Made by a program: the position numbers and the translations under genes
NCBI GenBank assembly: GCA_025839675.1
Contig: CP104013.1
Span: 5,880,001 to 5,912,000, forward strand
DNA from: Candidatus Lokiarchaeum ossiferum
Lineage (GTDB): Archaea; Asgardarchaeota; Lokiarchaeia; Sigyniarchaeales; Promethearchaeaceae
Length of the DNA: 32,000 nucleotides
Reading direction: 5' to 3'
Part shown: piece by piece, positions 16,412-25,526 of the stretch
How the letters are laid out: each line of letters starts with the position of its first letter
Position numbering within the stretch: the stretch's first letter is position 1
Notes under the pieces: generated by a model
Databases searched by the model: none
The model's input: only the letters and a program-made list of their open reading frames with translations
What the model was told of the DNA's origin: nothing

Positions 16412-17443
16412 TTATAATTTTTTTTGAAATACTTTAAAATGAGCCACTTTTACTGACCCTTTGGAGAATGATTTTAGAGCTGGTATGTTTTTACTCCATA
16501 CAGTTGCTCCTATATGATTTTTAACCCCCATTTGTTGCAATTTTTGGAATAATCTTAGATAAATCCATGGAAAAGTATTTGAATTTCGATATTTTTTATT
16601 TATTATTGCAGTATCAATATCTGCACTGAAAATTTGTTTTTTATTCTGCCAAAGATCAAAAATATTTGGAATTTCAAGAATTGCGGCGATAATTTCATGT
16701 GTATCCTTATCAAAAGCGAGGATGTAGTAATTTTCTCCTTGTTCCACACTTTGTAATAAGGAAAACATTCGCATCATTTTGTTATCTCCAGTAGTATCGG
16801 GTAATCTTTTTGAAAAATTATTTTGCACAAATTCAGCTAGTTGATTAAGTAAGGCTCTATCATTCAATAAATTTGGAATTGAAAATCTCTTCAACTCCAT
16901 ATTAGGATATGGACATTCTCCCGGATCCCATTCTGTCGCCAATACTGAAACATATTCCGTTTCAGATATCCACCCTGCTTCTTCGATCCATTTTTCCAAT
17001 CTTGGGTCATTTTCTGCTGAGTTGACTAAAGCCTCATTTTCAAATCCAATAGTTCGTATTCCCCATCCTCCATATAACGAAGGTGTATTGATTGGTCCTC
17101 TGACCTTCTCAAAACCCATTTGAGATACAAAATTTGAAACATGTTCCAAAAGATCTGCACAAATATCTCGTGTATCCGCTTGTAACCATCCGAAAATGGG
17201 AATTTTTTTACCATAAGAAAAATGATATGGTTCTAGTTCACAGTATATACATCCTAAAATGACATTTGATTTAATATTCTTAGCTAAAAATAATGTTCCA
17301 TGCGTGCGTTGTCTGTGCGCATCAAAAATGGGCTGAAAATTCTCCTTGAACCAAGAAGGGCGATCAAGATATTTTAAAAAGTCATTGCTGGGGGAAGAAT
17401 GGGATATTTCGATAATTTGATAATTTGAAAGTAGTAGAGTCAT
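16412..17443 (-). CDS. Conserved hypothetical protein, possible GNAT-fold acyltransferase-like protein
   Basis: 343-aa ORF. GFEKVRGPINTPSLYGGWGIRTIGFENEALV...NDPRLEKWIEEAGW resembles a bacterial/archaeal family annotated as GNAT-like (RGPIN....G.L.eGF). This assignment is weak. Confidence 0.45.
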   Translation of the reverse strand: MTLLLSNYQIIEISHSSPSNDFLKYLDRPSWFKENFQPIFDAHRQRTHGTLFLAKNIKSNVILGCIYCELEPYHFSYGKKIPIFGWLQADTRDICADLLEHVSNFVSQMGFEKVRGPINTPSLYGGWGIRTIGFENEALVNSAENDPRLEKWIEEAGWISETEYVSVLATEWDPGECPYPNMELKRFSIPNLLNDRALLNQLAEFVQNNFSKRLPDTTGDNKMMRMFSLLQSVEQGENYYILAFDKDTHEIIAAILEIPNIFDLWQNKKQIFSADIDTAIINKKYRNSNTFPWIYLRLFQKLQQMGVKNHIGATVWSKNIPALKSFSKGSVKVAHFKVFQKKL

Positions 17444-17501
17444 GAATTTTATGATCTTTATTAGTATTTAAAATCGAAAGAAAAAATAATTAAAAAAAGG
17501 C

Positions 17502-18800
17502 TTAGGATGTCATCGGATGAATTAAAGTTGGGTAAATTGATGCTTGGGATGCGACTTCTATGTTGTTTAAATTTCTTGAATTTGCTTGTCTAAGTACTGT
17601 ACGTAAAATTTCCGTGTCTTGAATCAGTTTTGGTTCCGGAATATTTCTTTTTAGACTGTGCCATGAAAATACTACAATATCTCGAAATTTATTAGTTCGT
17701 TTATTTTTAACCCAAGCAGGAATATACCCGCAAATCTGATATTTTTTGTTCAAAAGGATTTCAATCTGATTGATTTCGGAAGCATCAACATTAAGTTCAA
17801 CATACTCGATTTTTTCAGATAAAACATATTGTTCCAAAAGAACCAAGAATGCGGAAAAAACAACCATATTTGAGCAGTGATATTGTATTTTTTCGATGTT
17901 TTTCACCGACAAGGTATGCAATCCTTCCATAAAATCACCTGTTGATTCTAAAGAAAAATGAAAGTGTTTATACCCATAGTTATCTTGAGAAATTTTTAAG
18001 GATATTTCATCTAAGATTTTACTTATTTTTTTTGAATGGTAATTGAGATTAAATTTTGAAGTTATCGTTGGAATCTCTTCAAAATTATACTGCATTGCAA
18101 TTCTTGAGTAGAGAGGTTTCACACGATGGTGAATTTTCTCAGGAGGTTGGCGTGTATTATAAAGTGCATTTTTTCTATAGGCCACCATTAGAACATCAGT
18201 TTCTTTCTTGTTTAAAAAAGTGTCTTTTCCCTCGTATATCGCATAAGGAAGTGCTCCAATTTGGCGAGATAAATATTGTACTATATTATGGGCTGTTCTG
18301 GATTCGTTATACCATTTATCAATTGTCCCTTCATTTTGTTCACAGAAACGATGTATCATCGCATAACTTAATTCGCGAACGTTAATTTTTCCTTGATATT
18401 CAGGGAGAATATTTAATCCACGCATGTAAGCGGACTTATTGTAAGTATCTAATGTAATTGTAAAACATCCAACAATAGGCTTTTCTGTATCCTTTTGAGC
18501 ATCAAAACGGAAAATTCCCCAATGAAAAGTTGGATCTTGAAACGTTTTAAATATAAATTTGGGATCAAGCATTTCTTTGTAGGGATAAGTTCCTTCATAA
18601 ATTTCGTTGTAAATATAGACAATGGATTTTGCTTCTTCTAATGTTGTGGGTTCTTCGATCATGACAGAGAGCTTCTCATCCTTATTCTCTCCATACAAAT
18701 ACTTTCCATCTTCACCATATTTAATCAAAAATTCATCGATTGAGTCACATGCTGAAGATTTGTAGGAAATATGATTTTGAATCGGTTTTGCAATCTCCAT
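17502..18800 (-). CDS. Conserved hypothetical protein with two GNAT-like halves (tentative)
   Basis: 432-aa ORF. IVGCFTITLDTYNKSAYMRGLNILPEYQGKINVRELSYAMI resembles the GNAT beta4-alpha3 region with a degenerate acetyl-CoA motif. The C-terminal half (VELNVDASEINQIEILLNKKYQICGYIPAW) looks like a second, degenerate GNAT fold. Confidence 0.45.
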   Translation of the reverse strand: MEIAKPIQNHISYKSSACDSIDEFLIKYGEDGKYLYGENKDEKLSVMIEEPTTLEEAKSIVYIYNEIYEGTYPYKEMLDPKFIFKTFQDPTFHWGIFRFDAQKDTEKPIVGCFTITLDTYNKSAYMRGLNILPEYQGKINVRELSYAMIHRFCEQNEGTIDKWYNESRTAHNIVQYLSRQIGALPYAIYEGKDTFLNKKETDVLMVAYRKNALYNTRQPPEKIHHRVKPLYSRIAMQYNFEEIPTITSKFNLNYHSKKISKILDEISLKISQDNYGYKHFHFSLESTGDFMEGLHTLSVKNIEKIQYHCSNMVVFSAFLVLLEQYVLSEKIEYVELNVDASEINQIEILLNKKYQICGYIPAWVKNKRTNKFRDIVVFSWHSLKRNIPEPKLIQDTEILRTVLRQANSRNLNNIEVASQASIYPTLIHPMTS

Positions 18801-18820
18801 AAGAGTGATTATTTTATTCC

Positions 18821-18828
18821 TATATAAA
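18821..18828 (-). promoter_or_regulatory. TATA-box-like element (tttatata on the minus strand) upstream of the 432-aa gene
   Basis: Centred about 25 nt upstream of the ATG at 18800, which fits a leaderless archaeal mRNA. The near-palindromic TATA might also serve the divergent gene at 18884. Confidence 0.35.
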
Positions 18829-18883
18829 GTCGGAATTGAGATAACAAAAAAATTATTACAAATACAAGCAAATTGAAATCATC

Positions 18884-19987
18884 ATGAAGATAATTAAACC
18901 GACAGTGTTGGTTGATAAAAAGAAAGTCCTTCATAATATTGCTAAAATGCAAAATAAGGCAGATCGAAATGGCATAGAATTAAGACCCCATTTTAAAACT
19001 CATCAATCCTCAATAATTGGCAATTGGTTTCGTGAAAAAGGCACCACAAAAATCACCGTTTCTTCGATATCAATGGCTCGATATTTTGCCGATGCGGGTT
19101 GGAAAGATATTACAGTTGCTATTCCAGTGAATATTCTCGAGATCGATGGGATTAATGAATTATCAGAATCTATTGATCTCAATTTAGTTGTTGATTCGAT
19201 TTTTTCAACAGAATATTTGAATGCAAATCTTAAATTCTCTGTAAATTTATGGATAGAAATTGATACTGGATCTCATAGAACTGGAATTGATCCAAACCAA
19301 ATTTCCCAGATGACTAAAATTGCAGAAATTTGTTCTGCTTCAAACAAACTCAATTTGAAAGGGATATTATCCCATGCTGGTCAAACATATTCTGCTAAAT
19401 CTGAAACTGAAATAAAACAGATTTACCAAAAATCTGTAAATATTATGGTAGAGTTAAAAACAGAATTAGAACGATTAAATCTTGGTCAAATTCAAATTTC
19501 TTTGGGGAATACACCGACATTTAGCATCATTGAATCCATTGATGAAAATATCGATGAAATTCGTCCGGGAAATTATGTCTTTTATGATCTCATGCAACAT
19601 CAATTGGGTGTTTGTACTGAGGCAGAAATTGCATTAGTCCTGGTTTGTCCGGTTATTTCAATTCTTCCAGAATTAAATCAAGTGACAATATATGGAGGGG
19701 GTATTCATTTATCTAAAGAAAATCTTACCTTCAATTCAGGGCAAAAATATTATGGTAAAATTGTTAAGTTGAATTTAGATAATACTTGGGGGAGATCCAT
19801 TGATGGTGTTGTTATAACTGCATTATCTCAAGAGCATGGTGTGATTCTTGGTTCCGAGGAGTTTATTAAAAATATCAAAATTGGTGACCTTGTCTTTGTT
19901 TTACCTATTCATTCTTGTATGACTGCTAATTTACACAAAACCTTATTCACCACCGATTTAGAAGAAATAGATAGCTTTCAATTCTAA
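18884..19987 (+). CDS. Fold-type III PLP enzyme of the D-serine dehydratase-like / D-threonine aldolase (DSD1) family
   Basis: PTVLVDKKKVLHNIAKMQ...ELRPHFKTHQS carries the PLP lysine in the HxKTH context. The C-terminal ALSQEHGVIL...GDLVFVLPIHSCMTANL matches the D-ser_dehydrat domain, including an HxC that I recall as the zinc site of eukaryote-type D-serine dehydratase. Confidence 0.8.
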   Translation: MKIIKPTVLVDKKKVLHNIAKMQNKADRNGIELRPHFKTHQSSIIGNWFREKGTTKITVSSISMARYFADAGWKDITVAIPVNILEIDGINELSESIDLNLVVDSIFSTEYLNANLKFSVNLWIEIDTGSHRTGIDPNQISQMTKIAEICSASNKLNLKGILSHAGQTYSAKSETEIKQIYQKSVNIMVELKTELERLNLGQIQISLGNTPTFSIIESIDENIDEIRPGNYVFYDLMQHQLGVCTEAEIALVLVCPVISILPELNQVTIYGGGIHLSKENLTFNSGQKYYGKIVKLNLDNTWGRSIDGVVITALSQEHGVILGSEEFIKNIKIGDLVFVLPIHSCMTANLHKTLFTTDLEEIDSFQF

Positions 19988-20036
19988 GAATTTTACAAAT
20001 AAATATCAGAAATAAGTTAAAAAAGAAAAGATTCAA

Positions 20037-21188
20037 TTACATTTTTTTTGTTTCATCGCCTTGAATTCGTTGAGTTGCGCTGGCATCATTTTTTATCGTT
20101 TGTTCAGTTATTTCTTCTGCTGTGCCGTACATCTGAGCATATTGTTTATTGATTTGAGGATTAATTCGGTGTTGTGATGAATCTTCACTAAATTTGATTG
20201 AAATGTCTTTTTCTACTTCTAAACCCTTTTTCCCAAAATTGAATAGAATTTTACATACTGTATTCATCCCTTCTTTAACTATTTTCTTCGGATCAAGTGT
20301 CAAATTCAATTTCAAGATTATTTGATATGTATCGCCTGATTCAAATGAACGTAGCCATGTTTTATACCAGTGTTCTTTGACTGCTCCGCGAATTTTTTCA
20401 AAAGGCATACGAATGACAGTGGGCTTATATTGCATTGCATCGTTAATTTCACATTGTCCATTCACAGGTTTAACAGTGATACTTGGTTGAGAATAAACAA
20501 TTCGAGTGGTTTGTTCACTTGCAATCAGCATTTTCGTTTTTAATTCGTTTGCATTTTCAGCAAAAATATATTTACCTGTACTTTGTTTGGCGATTTCATA
20601 AAGAAGGTAGACATTATGATCTCCCAATGCTCCTACTGTATCAATTGACGCTTTGTATTCTAAAGCCTCTCGTGCTAGCATAAAATATTTCATATAATTT
20701 GGATCTTTTTCATTTCCAAGTTCAACTCTCACATCACCAGGTTCTCCATCGGTGATTAAAATGATTTTCTTGGTTAAATTACCCTTATAGGTTCTCATCA
20801 TTTTAATTCCTTGCTTCAAAGCGGAAAACAATGCTGTACCTCCAAGGGCTTTAATTTTTTGAATATGTTCAATGATTTTTGGACGAGATTTGGTGGTAAT
20901 GGTCTCTCCTTTAATAATCACTTTAACGGATGATTCGAAAATAACCAGATTGAAGGTTGTTTCTATCGGAAGTTGTTGAACCTGCTCAATTAAGGATTCT
21001 TTTGCCTTTTCAATTCTTGCTCCGGTCATGGAACCTGACACATCTAATAGCCAAACTCCCCAAAAAGGCTTGGTGGGGGAATTGTTTTCAGGTAGGATTT
21101 TGATGTCGATACTTAGAGGAAGTTTTTCGGTGGGGGGTACGCACATTGCTGATTGATTTATTCCGATGTAAGGTATTGTATTTTCCAT
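20037..21188 (-). CDS. Cytosolic von Willebrand factor A (vWA) domain protein with complete MIDAS and an uncharacterised C-terminal domain
   Basis: MIDAS residues are LLDVSGSMTG (DxSxS), GGTALFSAL (T) and LITDGEPGD (D). No signal peptide or TM segment. The ~170-aa C-terminal region has no motif I recognise. Confidence 0.8.
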   Translation of the reverse strand: MENTIPYIGINQSAMCVPPTEKLPLSIDIKILPENNSPTKPFWGVWLLDVSGSMTGARIEKAKESLIEQVQQLPIETTFNLVIFESSVKVIIKGETITTKSRPKIIEHIQKIKALGGTALFSALKQGIKMMRTYKGNLTKKIILITDGEPGDVRVELGNEKDPNYMKYFMLAREALEYKASIDTVGALGDHNVYLLYEIAKQSTGKYIFAENANELKTKMLIASEQTTRIVYSQPSITVKPVNGQCEINDAMQYKPTVIRMPFEKIRGAVKEHWYKTWLRSFESGDTYQIILKLNLTLDPKKIVKEGMNTVCKILFNFGKKGLEVEKDISIKFSEDSSQHRINPQINKQYAQMYGTAEEITEQTIKNDASATQRIQGDETKKM

Positions 21189-21314
21189 TGATGGTCCTTC
21201 TTTTTTTTCTTAATTCTTAATATGTGTTAAATTATAGTGGAATAAACCTTTATATGTTTACTTTGAATGCGACCAAAAAATATCCCGATCTACTTATTGA
21301 TCAACTAGCTCAGC

Positions 21315-23918
21315 TCATTTCATAAAGACTAATTGATAAATTGAATATAAAGACGGAAGATGGAAATTAAAAATGAATTTATTTTTCAGGAGCAAAAAAT
21401 TTAGGAGAATAATTAAAAAGAATGATATCAAGCAAATCCAATCTTTGTTAGACCAACCAACATGATATATATTTGTACGGCTTGAATTTAATCCAAAACC
21501 TCGTGCTTCGATTGTAGATGCCGTTGTTTTTGCTTTTCGAATTATCGAAATTAATAATGTAGTAATTCTCTGTAATATATGTCGATAAATCTTTTTAATG
21601 GAATTTCCCTTTTTTATTCCAGATCCTCGTAAGGTTTGCGCAATTTCAATTGTATTGGATTCTTGTTCTATTAAAGGAATGTAACGTAGTCCAATCATAA
21701 AAGAAAATGCATATCTATAAGGAATTCCGATTTCAATTAAAGAGTAAACTAAATCCTTTGGGGCAGTTGTTCGGGTGAATATCACTGCTGTTGAAACAAA
21801 GATAATTATAAGAAATCCCGTTCTAAGAGAATAATACAGAGCCAAACGTCGAACGGGCAATCTTTCGGTGAAAATATAAAATAATACTTGATCCGAACCA
21901 AGATTATTGGCATCAAAAAGAGTGTTTAGTGGAATGTAGATGAAAGTGAGCATTATTACCCACCGAATTTGCCGTAAAAGGCGTTTAGATGGGATGCCAC
22001 CGAGTTTGGCAATAATCAAAATCACTCCATAGCATATTGCTAAAAAAAAAATACTCCTTTGATAAAAAAGGAAAAATGTTAGAACTATTAAAATCAGCAG
22101 TTTTACTACTGGATTTAATTGATATATCCAACTGGTTTCATCAAATGTGCTTGATTTATGAAGAAAAATGTTTATACGCGAAATTTTACGATGTTTTTTT
22201 TGTTGTTTCTTTGTTTCCTTAGTTTTTTTTTTGGTTTGATCATTATTTATTAATTTCTTTTGATTTGAAATGGCATCAATATGGTTAGTTTTTTCTTTGA
22301 GTTCAATTATGCGGGAACAATTGGCCTTTAATAATTCTCGATCATGAGACACAATGACTATTGTTTTCCCAAGCTTGTGAAATTCATGCAGGATTTCAAA
22401 AATTCTTTGCATTGATTGGGCATCCTGCCCAATAAACGGCTCATCAACAAGTAATAAATCGGGATTATAACTAAAAATTGATGCAAGGTTCAAACGCCGC
22501 TTTTGTCCCCAACTAAGACAGAAAGGATTCTTGTCTTCAAGGATTTGAAGATCACTTCGCTTTTCACCTATCAAAGGGGTATAAAGATGGGAGATTTTCT
22601 CTTCTTCTTCTGCAGATAATTTATTCTTTTGATGATCTGCTTGTTTACTTTTAGTTTTCTTAAAATTTTGAACAAAATTTCGCGGTGCAAATAAAATTTC
22701 ATCCTTTATCGTACTTTCAAATATTTGATTTTCTGGATTTTGAAAAATAAATCCAATTTTTGGGATAAAGGAGTCTAAATCAAACTTTCCATATTCTTGG
22801 CCATTAAAATATAGTTTTCCTGAGCTTGGCTCAAGCATATGGGCTATCAAGTAGAGTAGTGTGGTTTTTCCAGACCCATTATCTCCAACTAATCCAATAA
22901 ATTCTCCAGAATTAATTTTTAATGAAAAATTGGAAAAGATACCAGGAAAAGTATTAGTATAAGAAAAAGTCACATCGTCAATACGAATTACTTCTTCTCT
23001 ATTCGATGCTGGTGCCTTAGTTTGAGTGCCCAGATCCGTTAAATTGGATGAAGATTCATATTTTTTTATTGAAGAATCATCTCTAAGATGGATTTTTGGA
23101 GATTTTAATTTATATTGGAGATATTTTTGCGGATTTCCTTGAAAATCAATACTACCTTCATGATTTAGTACGAGAATTTGATCTACTATAGTCATAAAGG
23201 GTTGAAGGCGGTGTTCTACAATGATGATCGTTAAATCGGGGTTGATTCTTCGTAATTTATTCAATATTTTTAGAAATCTTATTTCCCCATGAGAATCTAA
23301 AAATGCAAGAGGTTCATCTAAAATAAGAATTTTGGGATTCATCACCAGATTTGCAGCTAAAATAACTTTTTGTTTTTCGCCCCCACTTAATGAAAAAATC
23401 GACCTTTTCAATAATTTGGTTATACCCAGATCTTCTGCAATCTGATTTACTCGCAATTGAGTTTCTTTCTTTGATATATTTAAGTTTTCGGCAGCAAACG
23501 CAATTTCATCAAAGACGGTGAACGTTACTAACTGTTCATCTGCATTTTGAAATACATAACTTATATCACGTGCGATATTTTCCTGATCGTGCGCCCATAT
23601 ATCCCTATTCTGCAGTAAAAATTCTCCACTGTATTGACCTGTTATGTTGAATGGAATCCTACCTGCAATAGTATTACACAAAGTACTCTTTCCTGATCCG
23701 CTCACCCCACCAATTAATAGTGTTTTTCCTGAAGATATATTTAGATTTATGTTTTTTAGAGCAAAAGGACCGGAATTCCCATAACGAAAAGAATAGTTCT
23801 TCAATTGGACAATATCTAATTGATAATTTTGTTGAGAAATCAGTGATTGGAGGCTAGCATTTGAAGCTTTAGTTGTAAATGTATCTTCTATTTTTGCTGA
23901 TTCATCCTTATTAATCAT
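21315..23918 (-). CDS. ECF transporter module fused into one polypeptide: EcfA - EcfA' - Lys-rich linker - EcfT (YkoD+YkoC-like)
   Basis: ATPase 1 (about residues 36-265): GVSGSGKST, LSGGEKQKV, ILILDEP. ATPase 2 (about 310-545): GDNGSGKTT, LSWGQKRRL, LLLVDEP. Linker: DQTKKKTKETKKQQKKHRK. T domain (about 595-867): LNPVVKLL, FTRTTAPKDLVYSLIEIGIPYRYAFSFMIGLRYIPLIEQE...AQTLRGSG and EARGFG, the CbiQ/EcfT signature. Confidence 0.8.
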   Translation of the reverse strand: MINKDESAKIEDTFTTKASNASLQSLISQQNYQLDIVQLKNYSFRYGNSGPFALKNINLNISSGKTLLIGGVSGSGKSTLCNTIAGRIPFNITGQYSGEFLLQNRDIWAHDQENIARDISYVFQNADEQLVTFTVFDEIAFAAENLNISKKETQLRVNQIAEDLGITKLLKRSIFSLSGGEKQKVILAANLVMNPKILILDEPLAFLDSHGEIRFLKILNKLRRINPDLTIIIVEHRLQPFMTIVDQILVLNHEGSIDFQGNPQKYLQYKLKSPKIHLRDDSSIKKYESSSNLTDLGTQTKAPASNREEVIRIDDVTFSYTNTFPGIFSNFSLKINSGEFIGLVGDNGSGKTTLLYLIAHMLEPSSGKLYFNGQEYGKFDLDSFIPKIGFIFQNPENQIFESTIKDEILFAPRNFVQNFKKTKSKQADHQKNKLSAEEEEKISHLYTPLIGEKRSDLQILEDKNPFCLSWGQKRRLNLASIFSYNPDLLLVDEPFIGQDAQSMQRIFEILHEFHKLGKTIVIVSHDRELLKANCSRIIELKEKTNHIDAISNQKKLINNDQTKKKTKETKKQQKKHRKISRINIFLHKSSTFDETSWIYQLNPVVKLLILIVLTFFLFYQRSIFFLAICYGVILIIAKLGGIPSKRLLRQIRWVIMLTFIYIPLNTLFDANNLGSDQVLFYIFTERLPVRRLALYYSLRTGFLIIIFVSTAVIFTRTTAPKDLVYSLIEIGIPYRYAFSFMIGLRYIPLIEQESNTIEIAQTLRGSGIKKGNSIKKIYRHILQRITTLLISIIRKAKTTASTIEARGFGLNSSRTNIYHVGWSNKDWICLISFFLIILLNFLLLKNKFIFNFHLPSLYSIYQLVFMK

Positions 23919-24024
23919 ATTTCTTCCTCAATTAGATAGATTTCGTAAATAGTCGATATTTCCCAAGATACATAAGGAATAATATTATTTGATTTTATTG
24001 CTTAATATAACTAGGGCTTGAAAC

Positions 24025-24837
24025 TTGAGAACTCGAATTAAGAAACTCTCGCTTGAAGATCTTCATCTCGCTGTCAACCATCTTTTTGCAGAATCGGGGT
24101 TTGATTTGCACTTAGATTCGAAGGACTCGTTCGAATTAAAGAGTAAAAAGCATTATGTTTTCAAATCCACTCTTCTTCCACAAAATAGAGATGTGTGTGT
24201 GAAATTTTTCAATGATGAAATACCTCTATACCATCAACGGTGGAAAAATGAAGTTCAAAATATGACTATCCTCCCACAATTATCCTATCTTATAAACACT
24301 CCAGAACTGATCGCAAGTGCGCAAAATGTAATTGTTTATGAATTCTTAATTGGCGATAATCTTTTTGATTTATTATTGGAGAAAAGAATTTCTTTAGATA
24401 CTTTACGGTCTCTTGCTGAAATTTTCTCAACTCTGCATGACCGAGGGTTCATCTATGGTGATGCGCGATTACGAAATATGATCTTGACAAAAAAATCAAA
24501 AATATACTTGATAGATCCTGAAGAAATGCAAAAGGGCGATTCTTTGGAAGATGTTGCAGAATTTTTGTGTTCATTTATTGATTTTACCCCTGGAATCTTT
24601 CAAAATAATATGGATCTATATTATCTTGATACAATGATCCAGTTTCTGCAATATTATCTTAAATTTGCACCAATAGGGTTGCCTGAGAAAGCCTACTTGG
24701 ATCGTGAATTTTGGGTGGAAATAATCCTGAATTCTTTAAAACAAATAACAATGAGGAGATCAATCTCCTTATCTCCTTCAAAATGGAGTGAAATTAATCA
24801 AATGTTATTGTATTATCTAAAAAAAATGCAAATTTAA
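24025..24837 (+). CDS. Small protein-kinase-like fold protein (Bud32/RIO/Kdo-kinase-sized, atypical catalytic loop)
   Basis: Candidate kinase elements in order: VCVKFF (beta3 Lys), WKNEVQNM (alphaC Glu), hinge VIVYEFLIGDNL, catalytic loop FIYGDARLRNMIL (D....N, with Tyr in place of His), and YLIDPEEM (DFG-equivalent Asp). TTG start; there is no in-frame ATG until about residue 79. Confidence 0.5.
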   Translation: MRTRIKKLSLEDLHLAVNHLFAESGFDLHLDSKDSFELKSKKHYVFKSTLLPQNRDVCVKFFNDEIPLYHQRWKNEVQNMTILPQLSYLINTPELIASAQNVIVYEFLIGDNLFDLLLEKRISLDTLRSLAEIFSTLHDRGFIYGDARLRNMILTKKSKIYLIDPEEMQKGDSLEDVAEFLCSFIDFTPGIFQNNMDLYYLDTMIQFLQYYLKFAPIGLPEKAYLDREFWVEIILNSLKQITMRRSISLSPSKWSEINQMLLYYLKKMQI

Positions 24838-24838
24838 A

Positions 24839-25501
24839 CTATATTACGCCTGTTTTTTTAATTCTTTCCACAATCAGATATCCTAAAACACCTGCTATCA
24901 GAATACCCGAAAGAAAACCGAACATCATAGCCATAACAAACAAACTCCAATGGAGAATATATATTTTTCCTGTAATTATCCAAAAAAGCGGGACTTGGCT
25001 TAGATTTCCAATTCCGGCGGCAATTGCCCATCCAAGCTTTGTATCTGATTCTCCAAAGAGTTGCATTAAATACATTCCGATAAAAAGGAATGCTCCTTCA
25101 TAAAGTGTAATTCCCACTTCCATTATCCCCCAGCTAGAGCCGAAAAGAAAATTCATAAATCCTTGAATCGTGGCTGTGACAAAAATGGTTCGTTTTTTTC
25201 CAGTTAATCCATAAGCAATGACCATCCATAACAGGTGATGCCCTGATACTAATTGAGTTCCCCCGACAAATGGGTACCAGGTTTTTATTAGTAAACTGAA
25301 AGGAATTAATCCAGATATAAATCCTCCCATTATACCCAAGATTGAAGCAATGAGTAAATCTTGAGTGGTGAAGAAATAATTTGACTTTTTTCCTCTTTTT
25401 TTCATTGCTAGGTTTCCAGTATCCATTAATTTCTCTGAATTCTGGTTTTCAAGATTATTTTCTGGATCTTTTCCTTCATTCACCTCATTTGTACCCTCCA
25501 T
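24839..25501 (-). CDS. ECF transporter substrate-specific (S) component, YkoE-like
   Basis: Six-TM protein. FFTTQDLLIASILGIMGGFISG and AYGLTGKKRTIFVTATIQGFMNFLFGSSWGIMEVGITLYEGAFLF resemble Bacillus YkoE as I remember it (AAYMIRKPGAALVSEIIAALVECLLGNPSG...). Has an unusual ~40-aa acidic/polar N-terminal extension; the true start may be internal (Met26 or Met33). Confidence 0.5.
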   Translation of the reverse strand: MEGTNEVNEGKDPENNLENQNSEKLMDTGNLAMKKRGKKSNYFFTTQDLLIASILGIMGGFISGLIPFSLLIKTWYPFVGGTQLVSGHHLLWMVIAYGLTGKKRTIFVTATIQGFMNFLFGSSWGIMEVGITLYEGAFLFIGMYLMQLFGESDTKLGWAIAAGIGNLSQVPLFWIITGKIYILHWSLFVMAMMFGFLSGILIAGVLGYLIVERIKKTGVI

Positions 25502-25526
25502 ATTTTTCTCCTTCTTTCTACCTAAG

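Noticed and set aside
14546-19987. Interpreting SDR + 7-TM + two GNAT-like + PLP enzyme as a complete sphingolipid/ceramide locus
   Set aside because: The genes are on alternating strands and do not form an operon. The PLP enzyme is fold-type III (D-serine dehydratase-like), not an AONS-family serine palmitoyltransferase. The GNAT assignments are weak.
10568-22222. Scattered short shadow or alternative-frame ORFs (10568-10792, 13078-13260, 13149-13331, 15942-16142, 17026-17214, 18056-18385, 20483-20683, 22037-22222)
   Set aside because: Each is nested within, or runs on directly from the 3' end of, a longer ORF that has clear family motifs or membrane topology. None has motifs of its own.
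23919-24024. Possible TPP (THI-box) riboswitch upstream of the YkoD/YkoC-like ECF gene or the S component
   Set aside because: Neither strand of the 106-nt spacer contains the CUGAGA / ACCUGAUCUGGAUAAUGCCAGCG-like core. The spacer before the S component (25502-25526) is only 25 nt.
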